NCBI GenBank assembly: GCA_965112155.1
Contig: OZ218099.1
Strand: one strand, 5' to 3'
DNA: 64,000 nucleotides
Origin: Podarcis liolepis
Lineage: Eukaryota
In this document: positions 1 to 12,759 of the stretch, piece by piece
Numbering within the stretch: position 1 is the stretch's first letter
How the letters are laid out: each line of letters begins with the position of its first letter
The notes under the pieces: model-generated
What the model was told of the DNA's origin: nothing
The model's database searches: none
Seen by the model: only the letters and a program-made list of their open reading frames with translations
Program-made: the position numbers and the translations under genes

Positions 1-18
1 GGAGTGGGAGAAAAGTGC

Positions 19-38
19 AGTGTGTGTGTGTGTGTGTT
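19..38. repeat. (TG)n microsatellite
   Basis: Direct reading. Confidence 0.9.
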
Positions 39-129
39 GTATTCAATCTCTCCCCACCTGTTTTTAACTCAGGGGAGTGTTTCTACTATTAGGGTTCTCC
101 AGGCATCAGCATGATCTGTGAGCTGCTGT

Positions 130-400
130 GCTTCTACCTCAACCACTACCGTGTACACAATTTCATAGGCACTCCACGCGCAACTTCAAAGGGAACAGCC
201 AAGCGACACAAATCCAACTGAAAACAAAATGGCCCCCTTCTTCTTCCCCTCTTCTCTTACCACTCTTCGTCTGTCGAGGTGCAACGAGCTCCTCCAGGGA
301 GGAAGGGAGCTCCCTCCACTAAGGGACTTCGCCAAACCAAGCAGAAGCAGCGGGAAAGGAAGCAGCCTTCTCCAAGAGGCCTCCAAGCAAGAGGCAGGAA
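130..400 (+). promoter_or_regulatory. Putative promoter/non-coding first exon of the GTPase gene
   Basis: Locally CpG-richer sequence; donor GAA|GTGAGT at 401; strong acceptor (ct)n-ccag| at 2740 upstream of the CDS. Confidence 0.35.
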
Positions 401-825
401 GTGAGTTCCCTTCTGGCCCACAGCAAACATGGCCGCTTCCTGTCTGCCCGGTGTCCTTTTGAAACTGCTCCGTCCTCCCCGCCTTGCCCTGCCTGCTTGC
501 CGAGTCTGGGCTACCTGCTGGTTCTCCTCATGAGAAAGAGCGTTTCAGGAGCTGCGGACGCCGTTTGCTTTATTACTGAGCAAAACCCGAGTTGTACAAA
601 CAGCTACCAGAGAAGGTGAGAGAAGCAAACACAACCTCTAAAAATACACAGCATAAACTATACAGTAGAGTTGCTGGATTTCAGCCTTATATGGGTGTTT
701 TTTGTTCCCCCTGTTTATTATGGAAGAATCCCAACATTTCAGTTACTTGCCCTGGTAAAACGGTGCTCCCCGTTTTTGCTTTCGGGAGGGAGATGTCGGG
801 AATATGTTTTCTAAATGTTAAAATA

Positions 826-914
826 AAAAAATTCCTTCCAGTAGCACCTTAAAGACCAACTAAGTTAGTTCTTGGTATGAGCTTTCGTGTGCATGCACAC
901 TTCTTCAGATACCA
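826..914 (-). mobile_element. Penelope-like element terminal fragment
   Basis: gtagcaccttaaagaccaac...gagctttcgtgtgcatgcacacttcttcagatac resembles recalled reptile Penelope termini and contains a hammerhead core. Confidence 0.65.
873..914 (-). ncRNA. Minimal type I hammerhead ribozyme motif (Penelope-associated)
   Basis: Minus strand reads UGGUAU-CUGAAGA-A-GUGUGC-AU-GCACAC-GAAA-GC-UC-AUACCA: stem I, core boxes, stem II and a palindromic AGCU in place of helix III. Confidence 0.7.
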
Positions 915-3125
915 TTTTCTAAATGTTGTTATTGTAGGCACCCGTGTTGAAGTTTCAGGCCCAGCTCTCTGTTGCTTCTTAAGAGCACCTGCGCTTTTGC
1001 ATTGCAGCTGTTCTATTTTAAAAAAATAAAATGCAATCAGGTCCATCCACATGTTGAAGATAGTTGATATAATTTTTAAAGAGTAATGTAATAGACAGCA
1101 GGTGGAGAAGACCAATGTGTATGTGTGATGATGTGGTTGCCCATCTGTTTTTAAGAGAGTTGATTGTTGTGGAATGTGGAACAGATCTTCAGAACAAGTG
1201 GGATTTGGCAGCACTGCCTCCAGCTGTGGAATTTCTTGCTTGTATGTACACAGCCACAGGTCTAAGAGGGGCATCTTATGTTATTTCCCAAAGAAGCAGG
1301 AATGTTAGAAGCAGCATAAACACAATGTGAGATCTAGGCAGCTCTCTCACCAAGACGATTTGATAACTTCCTGGGTTGGTTTCTGTAGGCTTAGCCTGTG
1401 GACATTTTTTGCACAGTGACTGTGTGAATTATAATTCTGACAGTACCTTTTCATGCTTTGTTTGAAATGGTTATCACTTCCAGTAATGAGGACTAATGAT
1501 AATGATAGGACTGGAAAGACCCCTGTCTGAGCATGCTTCCAGTTCCACATAAGAGATTAATACTACAAATTGGGTATTTGGACATCACTAATAAATTGTT
1601 GGCAGCAGCTTTTTTTTTTTTTTTTAAAAAATGGGTTTTATACAGAAAGGGTAAATCTGAAATAAATTTGGGGGGTGGTGGAATAGGAGCTGACATTTTG
1701 ATGCTGATCACATCATGTGGATTGTGTACATGAGCAGCACCGCTCTCACAATAAACAACTGCCTGGCAGCACATTAAAACCCTGGAGAGCCACTGCCAGG
1801 CCAAACTAAACTAGATGGACCAAATTTTTGACTTGGTGCAAGGCAGCTTCCTGTGTTGTTAAAAGCTGAAGTGGAAATTTACTGGTTTAACGGTGGCTGC
1901 CTTTGGATCCCTTATTCAGCTTCCTAGAGTCCCTCCAGGAAGGACAGTCAATGAAAATGAAGGATGCTTTTGGTTATTCGTGGTGCATTTACTGACTCCA
2001 GGAAATTTGTTTGGGTCAGGGCCTGTCTACTCCCGGAAAACCAGAGCCCTTCACTGTTGTTAGCCTGTAGTGGTGCTGTTTTGAGATGTGTGTGATGCTA
2101 AATTAATGAGGAACATGAAGGAATTCCATGGGGTCAGATGTGGGAAGGCTGGGAGGGGGCAGTCAGGTTGCTCACCATAATTTAGGATGATAGGACAGAT
2201 GACTAGCTTAATTGTTGCTTAATTGTCGACAAATTAAGCACACCTTGCATACAAAAACAGAGCCTGCTCTAACATTCGAGCTATGAATTTGTTACAAATA
2301 CTAGACAGGATTTGGTTTGGTTTTTAAAAAACTTAAAAGTCTGTACTTCGAAATGAAAGTTTACCTTTATCAACACCCCCTCTCTGCAGATTTGATTCTT
2401 ACCTTAGTTCTTCCTATCTCATTGTAAGTCTTGGGGGCCCAAATAACTCTGGTGGCTTGCTTTGAAAAACCAATACATTTTGTTTGTTAATTTAAACTCT
2501 CCCTCCCTGCCCTACAGTACAATCTGCCAATGGAGGGAAGTAAAAAGAGCCCGGGACCTTCTGGGAGTTACAGAGAGCAAGACGCTTTTGCCTTCTAATG
2601 TGAGCCAGTCTTCAAGAAGGGCAGGTGGTTATACTTTGCATTATGCAAAGCAGCTGAGAGGCAGCCAAGCTCTCTCTTGTAACCAGCCGCAGAGTGAGCT
2701 GTGTTCGATGTTTGCTAGTGCAGTTTCTCTCTCTCTCCAGGTGCTGGGGATGGATTTCAAGGACAGCGCTCAGCTGATTGGCCCAGAGCATCCTTCATTT
2801 CCTGCACTCCTCCCTCCACACATATTCCCCACAGCAGAGATTGGAGGAGACAGTCGAGACTGTGTGTGTGTGCAGTGTGGCAGGAGGGAGTGTAAATAAA
2901 TGGAAAGATGAGCTGTGCACACAGCAGCAATTCAGCCGGGAGAAGTTGATGAGCAAAGAGTGTGGAGGCGAACTTGCAGAGCTACTGGGGAAGGAGACGC
3001 TGCTCTCTGAAGCCGGGTCACATAAAGACCAGGCACACATTGCTTCATCACACATTGAGGACTTAAAAGCAACTTGTCTCCCCCTCCGCCCAAGCCAACA
3101 CATCCACACAGACAGGCACAACACC

Positions 3126-3752
3126 ATGTCTTTGGCAGTGAAGGAGAAGAGCCAAGTGCGCTTAGTGTTTCTGGGTGCAGCTGGGGTCGGCAAGACGGCC
3201 CTGATCCGGCGCTTCTTGCAGGACACTTTTGAGCCAAAGCATCGGCGAACAGTAGAGGAGATGCACACCAAGGAGTTTGAGGTGAGTGGAGCCACCATCA
3301 AGGTTGAGATTCTGGACACCAGTGGTAGCTACTCCTTCCCAGCGATGCGCAAACTCTCCATTCAGAACAGTGATGCCTTCGCTTTGATCTATGCTGTGGA
3401 TGATGCAGAGTCCTTTGAGTGTGTGAAGACTTTGCACGAGGAGATCCTAGAGCTGAAAGAGGACAAGTTCCCTCCCATCGTAGTGGTGGGCAATAAGGCA
3501 GAAGCCGGTGGGCTTAGACAGGTATTGCCCGAGGACGCCCTCTCCTTGGTGGAGCTTGACTGGAACAGCCGTTTCCTGGAGGCATCTGCTAAGGAGAATG
3601 AGAACGTGGTGGAGGTCTTCCGGGAGCTGCTTCACCAAGCCAACCTGCCCAGCCGGCTGAGCCCTGCCCTCCGCAGGAGACGTGAGACCTTCCCTAAGGA
3701 GCCCCCACTGCGGCCCCCCATGAACAAAGCCAATAGTTGTACTGTCTGTTGA
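3126..3752 (+). CDS. RASD4: Ras-family small GTPase, RASD4/Rhes-like, 208 aa, intronless CDS
   Basis: Start context accATG; G1 GAAGVGKT, G2 T (RRTVEE), G3 DTSG, G4 NKAE, G5 EASAK; polybasic RRRR; C-terminal CTVC prenylation motif. The N-terminus MSLAVKEK..VRLVFLGAAGVGKTALIRRF resembles recalled fish rasd4. The symbol is less certain than the family assignment. Confidence 0.85.
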   Translation: MSLAVKEKSQVRLVFLGAAGVGKTALIRRFLQDTFEPKHRRTVEEMHTKEFEVSGATIKVEILDTSGSYSFPAMRKLSIQNSDAFALIYAVDDAESFECVKTLHEEILELKEDKFPPIVVVGNKAEAGGLRQVLPEDALSLVELDWNSRFLEASAKENENVVEVFRELLHQANLPSRLSPALRRRRETFPKEPPLRPPMNKANSCTVC

Positions 3753-4574
3753 ACTATGTGAGAATGATAGCTGCATGGGTTTTTGAGAACTTTGGTGACC
3801 TGTGTTTAGAGATCAGGTTGCACCTGCCACAACAGCACTGTGGCACTCTGTCATTTTGGGGCTCAGGAGCTGTTTGTGAACCTTGATGGCTTGTCGTTGT
3901 GACATAGTAATTTCAGCTTTAGTGCCCCAAAGTCACCAGTGTTTGTGCCCATTTTGTGCATTTGATTTTGAGTTGCAACCCAAGAATTGGGAAGCCTGTG
4001 ATGCTGTGCACAGTGTAATGTCTCTAATTCTGGCCTGTTCTGCAGATCCAAGCTGTTATTGTATAAATTGGAAGATATGTCCCTTAAGTCATGGAAGTGG
4101 ATGCCCCAGGAGTGAAGGATGAATGGCCGAACAGACCAGTTTTTGAGGCAACATGGCTGATGTTGACAAGGTCCATAGCATGAACTTAGAAGGCAAGAAT
4201 TTGAGGACTCCTCTAGGAAACATTTAATTCCTGGGACACCTACTTATCTTTCCCTTTTGCATTGATCTCTTTGTGTTTTGAGTGACTGAACAGACACGGT
4301 ATGCTTGAAGATGGGAAAGAAATGACATTTTTGGTGCCTATTGAACATCCAGTGTGTGTGTGTTGCCTCCCCACAAAACAGTGGGTTTTGTTTTGCTTCA
4401 AATGTGTGCATTGACCATTTGCATGCATGTGCTTTTGTGCAGACTTTGTTTAAACTGAGCTCACCATTGTCTGAAGCACCGCTGCATTGTGGAAAGAAAT
4501 ACATGTCACCCAGTGGGTCAGTCTGTGCCTGAGTAGGTATGATTTTAATTTCCAACTTTTCAAGGGTTGTAATT

Positions 4575-4580
4575 AATAAA
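4575..4580 (+). terminator. Candidate polyadenylation signal of the GTPase gene
   Basis: AATAAA followed ~25 nt later by a GT/T-rich tract. Confidence 0.5.
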
Positions 4581-7559
4581 AGAAAACTCAAACACCACCC
4601 AAAAGAGTGTTGATATTTATTTTATATTGCTGCGAGGCTTGTGATTGGAAAACAAGCCACACTTCAAGTTCTTGTCACTCGGTCGTTACATAGCCTCTCT
4701 TGCTCCCATGTTCTGCTTTATGCCTTTGCCTTCATATCTTTGTAGGACAGCCACCCTGCTGAGTTTCTGTAGGTTTTTATGCTCTCGTGGTTTTTATGAC
4801 AGACACTGTAGTCTGGGGGCAATATTGTCAGATTTGTTCCTAGGAGACCATGGCTCAAACTCCTCCTGAGGCATAAACTCATAAGCTTAGCCAGGTCAGT
4901 CCCTCTCAGCTGGGCTTTCACAAAATGGGAATATTCATGATCTCTCTTACAGAGCTGTTTTGAGAGAAACATTGCACATGATCACTCCAGTCCTAGATTC
5001 ATTTACTGGGAACTTTGTACCATTGATTTCAGTGGACTGTACTTGTGACTGATGTGCATAGGGCTGCAACTTGAAGGTGGTGCGTAAATTAATAGCATCC
5101 ACCCAGCCACTCAAGTGCTTCCAAGGTGGGAAGCAAATAAATGTCATTTGTTGTGTTACAGCAGAAAGCGATGATGCGCTGTGGAATGACAGTTCATGTA
5201 GTGAAATAAAACTACAGATATGTTGAAAATTAATGCAAGTAAAGGTGGAGGGAAGGAGACGGCTGGGGATTTTGTCATATACTACATGCAATTTAGCCCA
5301 AAGGTTGAGAAGAAGCTGCCATTAATTTGCCCGACTGCAACGCTACACATGTAGCTCTCCTAAGTTAAGATGCAATATGGGGCCATCTGTTGGCATCTGA
5401 TAATGTTTTGAAGCCAAACTTTTCTGTAGCTGGCTAAAAACAGACACTGAGCTTAGAAGTAATAAGGATATCAGGAACTCTGAAATACAATGTTCTTCCT
5501 CATTTAAAGTTTTCCCTTGAGCATTCAGGTGCAAGGCAGGCAATTATTCTTTTTGAGCTGCAGTGAGGAAACTGTGGCCCTCTAGACATTGTTGGATGCC
5601 AACTCCCCTCAGCCCCAGAGAGCAAAGTCAGTGTTCTGCGAGGAAGGGTGTTGTGGTCCATCTGGGGGGCCACTGGTTCCCCATCCCTGTGTTAGAGCTC
5701 TGTGCTATCATTCTTTCTTGAAGGCATCTGGGAGTAACCACAATCAAAGGATCCTGGTGGAAGAAAGACTCTTGCTCTGATCTGGTAACACCGCTTCCCT
5801 TGCATTTTCTGTGCTGTTGGTAAGCATTTGAATCTGCATAAATGTGACCCAGACAGTTCTATCAACACAATTTCCTGAAACTTTATTAGCCAAACATTCT
5901 AGCAGCTGCTGCTGTTTTCAAAAAAAACTGCCTGCCTACCCTCCATCTAAATAGCTCTAGGTAAATGGTATTTTTTATTAAAAAACAAACCCCAAGGTTC
6001 CTGAGTATCTGTGTATTTTGGTAATCCCCAAACACGTTTATTTACTTTCCATATTTACAGACTGTTTTTCACCATAGATGGTCACAAAGTGGTTTACACA
6101 ACCATCAACAAAGTGATCCATACTACAATGTTTAAATCGAAAAGGTCAAATGAAAATGTACATTCAACAAATAGGCATAGTACAACTTACTTAAAATGCC
6201 TTCTGAAATAGAAAAGTCTTTGCCAAGCACCTGACATTCAACACGGTGGGGGGTGTCTGATCCGTCTGGAATGCGTTCTGCAGCATAGTCAAATGTGTCC
6301 ATATTGTACCACATGTGACAGTGAGGAGATTTGTCTGAACCCAACACAGTGACAGGTGAGAGAAAAATCTCCCAGGTTTGAGGATTGTTTTGCTTTGTTT
6401 TCCCTAACCCGTGCTGAAGGGGGTTTGGTGTGGCTCCTTACTATAGAGGAAGAAGGCACATAACACCTGCTTCCCACAACTGCAGCTTTATGTCAGTGGT
6501 GCATTAAATCCATTTTCTTAAGGATTTTACTCCCTAGAGTACCTGAGAAATACACCAATTAAACAAACAACCTGATTTCTCTCTTTTAATATATTGAGTA
6601 CTGATTTCAGCCATGACTGTGAGCAATCCTTGGTTGTCTTTCCTTCCTAAATTAACAAGAGAAAAGGCGTGTCAGTCTCTCTCTCATACACACAAACATG
6701 CTTTATTAGGTCAGAAAGTGGAGACGACATAAAACTCAAGTCAACTACACCCTCTGCTGGCTTTATCTGAAATTGTTAGTTTCCCCAATATCATTAGAAG
6801 ACCAATTCAGATTTTTGTGATCGTTTTATAATAGATAGTAGCATCTCTTGTGCTAGCACAAATCTGTTGACGGCCATCTGCCTTGAGAGACAATGGAGTG
6901 TGCCTCCGAGGGTGAACACAAACCACTGCATAAGCAGCACCGAAGTGACTTCCCCATATATGGGTTGCCCAGATGACAAGACCCCCCTCTTAGCCTCGTT
7001 TATGTGGTCCATAGGAAAGCAGAGCAGTATGTTTGGCACCAGCCTGGCTGCAGGAGTTGCTTGAAGGAGGCATATAAGGTGGCAGCCAACCATCTTAGAG
7101 ACTCCACCCCAGATGTGTGTAGGGTTTGCTCCTTTCTTCCCTAGAAGATCTCTTACAAGGGAACAGAGGTTTAGGATCAGTTTTCCTTCTTCTAGATAAC
7201 ATGGGCTACTTTCCCATGTTGTCAAGCTGCATCTGCCCCTCACTTCCCTCTATAGCATGTGTAGAAACCACCTTCTTGACCACTGGACCCACTACTGATC
7301 TTGGCCACTCAATCTGCCAGAGCCTGTCTTTGAATGCAGGGGAAGTCCCTAACTCAACGAGGGTTTCAGACCCATGGCTACCCTCACCTGGTTTAGCTGG
7401 CCATTTGAAGCTGTTTCCGGGGTGTAGCTGCTTTTGAATGCTGACAGCTACTAGGAGCCACAGGTGAGAGCTGCATGTCAGGTGCAGCATCACCATCACA
7501 AGAATAGGATGGGTCCTGGAAACAAACATCTCAGATGTCAAAGACCAAGCTGTGTAGTG

Positions 7560-8010
7560 AACATGCCAGCCACACCTCTGTGGGGAGGGAATTGCAGAAC
7601 ATAGGAGCTGCTGCAAAGAATGCCCTATCTTGGACCACCATCACCCCTAACACCTGGATGCATCTGTAGGGAAGGAGGTGGTCTTTTGGATATTTGGGGC
7701 GTAAGCCATTTATGGCTTTAAACACTACCATGAACTCTTTCAATTGAGCCCAGAAATGAACTGATAGCAAAATGCAGCTGTTATATGAATTATAAAAGGA
7801 ACTGCTCCCCTGTAACTTGGCCACTGTGTTTGGACCAGTTCCTAGTCATCATCAGGGGTAAGTTTTGGACTAGCTGAAGTTTCCTAGTCACCATAAAGCA
7901 CAATGCAGTAGTTCACTTTGGAAGTTGCCTAAGCATGGAGTACCATAGCCAAGTCATCTCTGTCCAAAAGGAGCCAAAGCTGTTGAACCAGCCATAGCTG
8001 GAAACAGGCA
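7560..8010 (-). mobile_element. Degenerate L2-like LINE ORF2 3' fragment
   Basis: Translation ...VVFKAINGLRPKYPKDHLL resembles the L2/CR1-clade RT C-terminal FKALxGLGPxYLxDxL motif. Confidence 0.6.
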
Positions 8011-11000
8011 CTCCCTTCCAGACTTGCATTTTCTCACCCCTGCTTTAATCAGTAGGCTTTGATGCATCAGAGGTTCCTCTTCTTCCCGCAGCCAGCTACT
8101 TTCTCTGCCACTGGGTCCAGAGAGAAAGGCCATTCATGCGAACAGGCCTTCTGCTCACTTAGCCTGCTCCTCTGGGCTGGAGGGATTGAGCTGGTGGGAA
8201 CGGCAAGAAGAGCAGCAGCAGCAGAGACAGGCAGCTCTGGTGCTCAGTAGGAGACCCTCTGTGGACTTTGGCAAGTCCCCAACCATGGCAAACCCTGGCA
8301 TGCTTCAGTTAGCACATGCAGAGCTTTTTTCAGCTGGAACTCACCAGAACTCAGTTCCAGCAGCTCTCAGGCAGGCACCATTGCCATTATAAGAGAACAA
8401 GGGAGGTGTTCGTGGGGAGTTTGGCACTTATTTTTCTAAAAAAAATAGCACCAAGCACATCTATATGGATGTACATTTACATAATAAATCAGTTAAAAGA
8501 CCACAAAAATGTGTAAATTAAAGGACAGAACTAGCTAAAAAAAACATGATTAAGTCTTCAGCCATGGTGTGCAGATATGATTACCTTTATCTCTTTAAGT
8601 ATGCGGAGTGCTTTGCAAATTCAGCTCATTTGTTAGTTCCACCATCTCTGAGATAGTCTTTAATATTTCTCTTTCTACAAGAGGGGAACTAAGGCAGAAT
8701 TAATGCAGCTTGTCTCTTCCTACCCTGTTCTCATTCTGAGCACTTTTATATATCCAGATTTTATATATTGTAGTATATAATCTTGAGATTGGAAAGAAAT
8801 TGCTTGTAGCATTCAGTCTGATAATAAAACACAAAAACAACATGATCTGAGAACATTACACTCTGTCTGTAGTAGTGAAGCCTATGGCACTGATTGGCTG
8901 AACTGGTGTGATGATACAGAATGTTCAAGAGTATTCTAATTCATCAGTAAACTTAGCTGTTAGACTGTTTGAATGTAGATTATCTGGAAGGAATTAAAGT
9001 GCTGTGCTAAGGCAACCAGCAACCATTTCATCAGCATGTTTCAGCTTGTTCAAAAGGAACCACCCCCCCTCCCCTCTCACACTGTCCCAAGGATTCCCCC
9101 CCAAAAAACTAATTTTGTTCAGGGCTTCTGTTGATGAGACTCATTAGATGACTCCCACCCTCTGAAAGAAAGATGGTTTTGGCTGGAATTAAAACTTTGC
9201 ATGGGACCTAGCTTTTGGAAGAAGTTTGAAAAATGGGAAATGGGTACAAGTCATAGAGATGCTAAGGACTAGGTAGCAGAAAAGGCTATGGACAGAGAAA
9301 AAGGAAGCTGGGGGAAGTGTAGGTTTAGGAGGTTTGTGGAAAAGAACCATATTCTTTATTAATGTGAACTAAGCAGCCGGGTTCTGTTATGTTTTTAATA
9401 TTGTATTTTTAAATTGCTGCAACCGGTACTAAGACCTTATGGTGAAGTGTGGGTGAGAATAATATAGACATTCAGGCCTCATTTATGGGATAACTTAGGG
9501 TATATCATGATGTTGCAGACTGAAATGTTTTACATATTTTGTCCTACCAGAAATACATTTAAAAAAATGGATCTGTTAAAAACGGATTTCAAAAAATGGG
9601 ATATGAAGTGCAATGTCTTTTCAGATCACCCAGAATGTTGAAATTTGCTGCACACATAGCTAAAGACAGAGTCAGAGCTAGAAAGCCTGACAATGGGAAG
9701 TTTTTGCACCTAACAGCCAAAACCTGGAACATGAAGCTAGTTTATCTGAGTATGCTGAGCCACATGTGGGACAAGCTGCTATAGTATGGGCTCTCTGTTG
9801 CCTCTTCAGGCTTTGCTCGGGTGGTCAGAAGAGGCCAATTTACTGTTATGATTCTGATATAAAAGGCATTTGGGCCCCACTGTCTTGACTCAACAGAGGC
9901 ATTGATAATAATTTGTTACCTCCCTATGATTTAGCAGTATTAAACTTGTTTGATGGCTAGTCCAAAGAACACTGAATATGGGACGCATCTCTTCCCCTCC
10001 GCCCCCAGAAGGCTGCAACTGGACCTGCTTCTACAGGTGGCTTGGTACCCAAGTAGTTCAAGATTTCCAGAGATTTAGATGTGTTATCTTTAGCAGAAAA
10101 AACCAACAAAGAGACTTGTGGTGCCTTAAAAACTAACCAATTTATTATGGAACAAGCTTTCATGAACTAGTGTATTTAACAGTGGTAATTCACAAGTCCC
10201 TAATTACCACTGCCTGTACTTTACCTCAGTTCATTTCCCCTTGACCACACTTTTTACAATCCTCCACCCAAACATATGTATATACATACCTGCAACTCAG
10301 GATAACACTTCATTCATCCAAAGTTGACTGTAGTCCAGAAGCCCTTATGCCTTGATAATTTGTTAAACCTTAGATGCCATAATTTGTTAAACCCTAGTGG
10401 CACTCTGATCCAAAAGGGGGCGTTTTGCACACCTCTCCTTCAGAGGGGGACAGAAAGTGTACTCCAGATACATTAAACACTTCCAAACTGCCCCTAAAGT
10501 TGACAACTTTTCATAGGAACACTAGAAGCCATCCTGGATGATGCTAATACAGCTTATCGTTCCTATTTGAGACAAATACTGCCTTAATTGTATAGAGGGA
10601 AGTTCACAAGTGGCGTTTGATAGCAAGCAGTATCTATCTATCACGAGCTAAGAAAAAACCCATTTCTAACTGCTGGCACTTTTAGACTTACAGCCAATAG
10701 GCACCATCATATACTTCTCAAATACATTAGACACCAATTTATGCTAGTGATTCACACCATCCTGTGGCAGTGAATTGGCCACTATGTGTTGCAATAAGCA
10801 TTCTACCTTAGTTTTCTTTTCATTTTTTGACCATTAATTTAATGGATGTTTAAATTCTGAAGGGGCATGTTTTTCTTCTCAGTAAACAACTTATCTTACT
10901 ATTAGCCCACTTCATGAAACCTAGTAACCACACATTAGCTACTTAAAAAAATACTTTAGTGCTCTGTAGCTTCCACTCATGTGGTGAAACCCAAGACTGC

Positions 11001-11728
11001 ACTGCTTCCTGTTTCTCCGTGCTGCACTAGACTCCACAGATAATCAGAGACCACAGACCACTTCTCCATGTTGGGAGGGAAAGCTCACCAACTCTAGGCC
11101 TTTAGCAGTCACTGGAAAGCACCTTCAGGTCCCACTTAAATGAGATGTTCAGAATGTGTAAAATACCTGTACAGGATTCTGTGCAGATCAGTCACATTTA
11201 AAGGGTTCTGAAGCTCCGATCTTAGCAGCATTTACATGCAAACACAGATTCCCATAAATTACATATACTTATTTAAATATGCATATACTTTTGGCAGGAT
11301 TCACCTAAAAAACCCCATCAGCAGAAGCCCTGAAATTCCATTTGAAACACTGGAGATCTGCATTTTTCTCTGGTCTATGAGGGTGAGTGGGAACATCTGC
11401 CTATAAATGTACTGATTTTCTGAAAACAATGCCATTTTTTTTCCCATTGTCAGATATTATTTACATTTATTGATTCACTTATATCCTACCTTTCCTTCAA
11501 GGAACTAAAGGGTGGCTGCAAAAGAAGTTTCATTTGTGCAAAACGCTATCGCTTACTTGCTCTGTGATGCATTGTTCGCTGACTTGCAGAAGCTGTAAGA
11601 AAAGTCTTGCTTAATAATTATTTGGGCCCCCAGTTATTAGAAAGCCCACTCTTGTCCAAATAGATCTATGCCTCTCAAAGTGTAAACTGCCTTAAAATGC
11701 AAGCTTGTACATGTCTACTCAAAAGTAA

Positions 11729-12040
11729 GGTAAAGGAACCCCTGACTCTGGGGTTGCGACGCTCATCTTGCTTTATTGGCCGAGGGAGCCGGCGTACAAC
11801 TTCCGGGTCATGTGGCCAGCATGACTATGCTGCTTCTGGCGAACCAGAGCAGCGTTTACCTTCCTGCCAGAGCAGTACCTATTTATCTACTTGCACTTTG
11901 ACATGCTTTCGAACTGCTGGGTTGGCAGGAGCAGGGACCAAGCAACAGGAGCTCACCCCGTCGTGGGGATTCGAACCACCGACCTTCTGGTCAGCAGGTC
12001 CTAGGCTCTGTGGTTTAACCCACAGCACCACCCGCGTCCC
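11729..12040 (-). mobile_element. Sauria (Squam1) SINE, internally deleted
   Basis: GGGACGCGGGTGG 5' end, GGTTCGAATCCC B box, ACCTTT tail; 15-bp TSD TCTACTCAAAAGTAA (11714-11728 and 12042-12056). Confidence 0.9.
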
Positions 12041-12448
12041 TTCTACTCAAAAGTAATCCCCACTAAATTCAGTGGAACTTATTCCCAGTTAACTATGTAA
12101 AGGATTGTGGTCTCAGTGCATCACAATCAAGGCTATTCCCTCTTTCAGAAAGTTGCTATTTGAAACCATTAGAGGCAGGCAAATTTGATAAAGATTAAAA
12201 TAGGGATCAGGGGAACAAGGCTCTTAAAAGAATTGTAATATTAAGAGAAGAAAAATAAAGGTGGCATTAGTTTACCATAAATGAATGCTCAGAAACACTG
12301 TCTTGTGACTGTGATTATAGTCTCTCTGCTCACTACTTTTCAATTCTGCATGTGGATGTCTTTGTTCTCAAGAGGTCCAATAATACTGAGGCAAACGGAA
12401 GGGTGGCTCAGAAGCACGACAAAATGGGGTTTGTTTGCAGAGGGTATA

Positions 12449-12711
12449 CAGTGGTACCTCGGTTTACAAACTTAATCCATTCCGGAAGTCAGTTCTTAAA
12501 CCGAAACCATTCTTAAACTTTCCCTAATGGCACTTTCCCTAATGAGCCGTTCTCCCTAATGAGGCCTCCTGCCGCCAGTGCCCTTCCACCATCCGGATTC
12601 CGTTCGTACACTGAGGTAAAGTTCGCAAACCGGGACACTACTTCCGGTTTTGCAGAGTTCGTAAACGGAATCGTTCGTAAACAGGACTGTTCTTAAACCG
12701 AGGTATCACTG
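12449..12711. mobile_element. Tc1/mariner(pogo)-type MITE
   Basis: TIR CAGTGGTACCTCGGTTTA...TAAACCGAGGTATCACTG, TA flanks. Confidence 0.85.
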
Positions 12712-12759
12712 TACTCTGAATTCTACCTCTTATTTCATCACAACTGCAGGAGAGTTCTA

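Noticed and set aside
2778-3125. 324-aa version of the GTPase
   Set aside because: It has a TTG start and no recognisable homology. The family-like N-terminus begins at ATG 3126.
6794-7616. 149-aa and 136-aa minus-strand ORFs as a gene such as TMC6
   Set aside because: No similarity to any protein I recognise.
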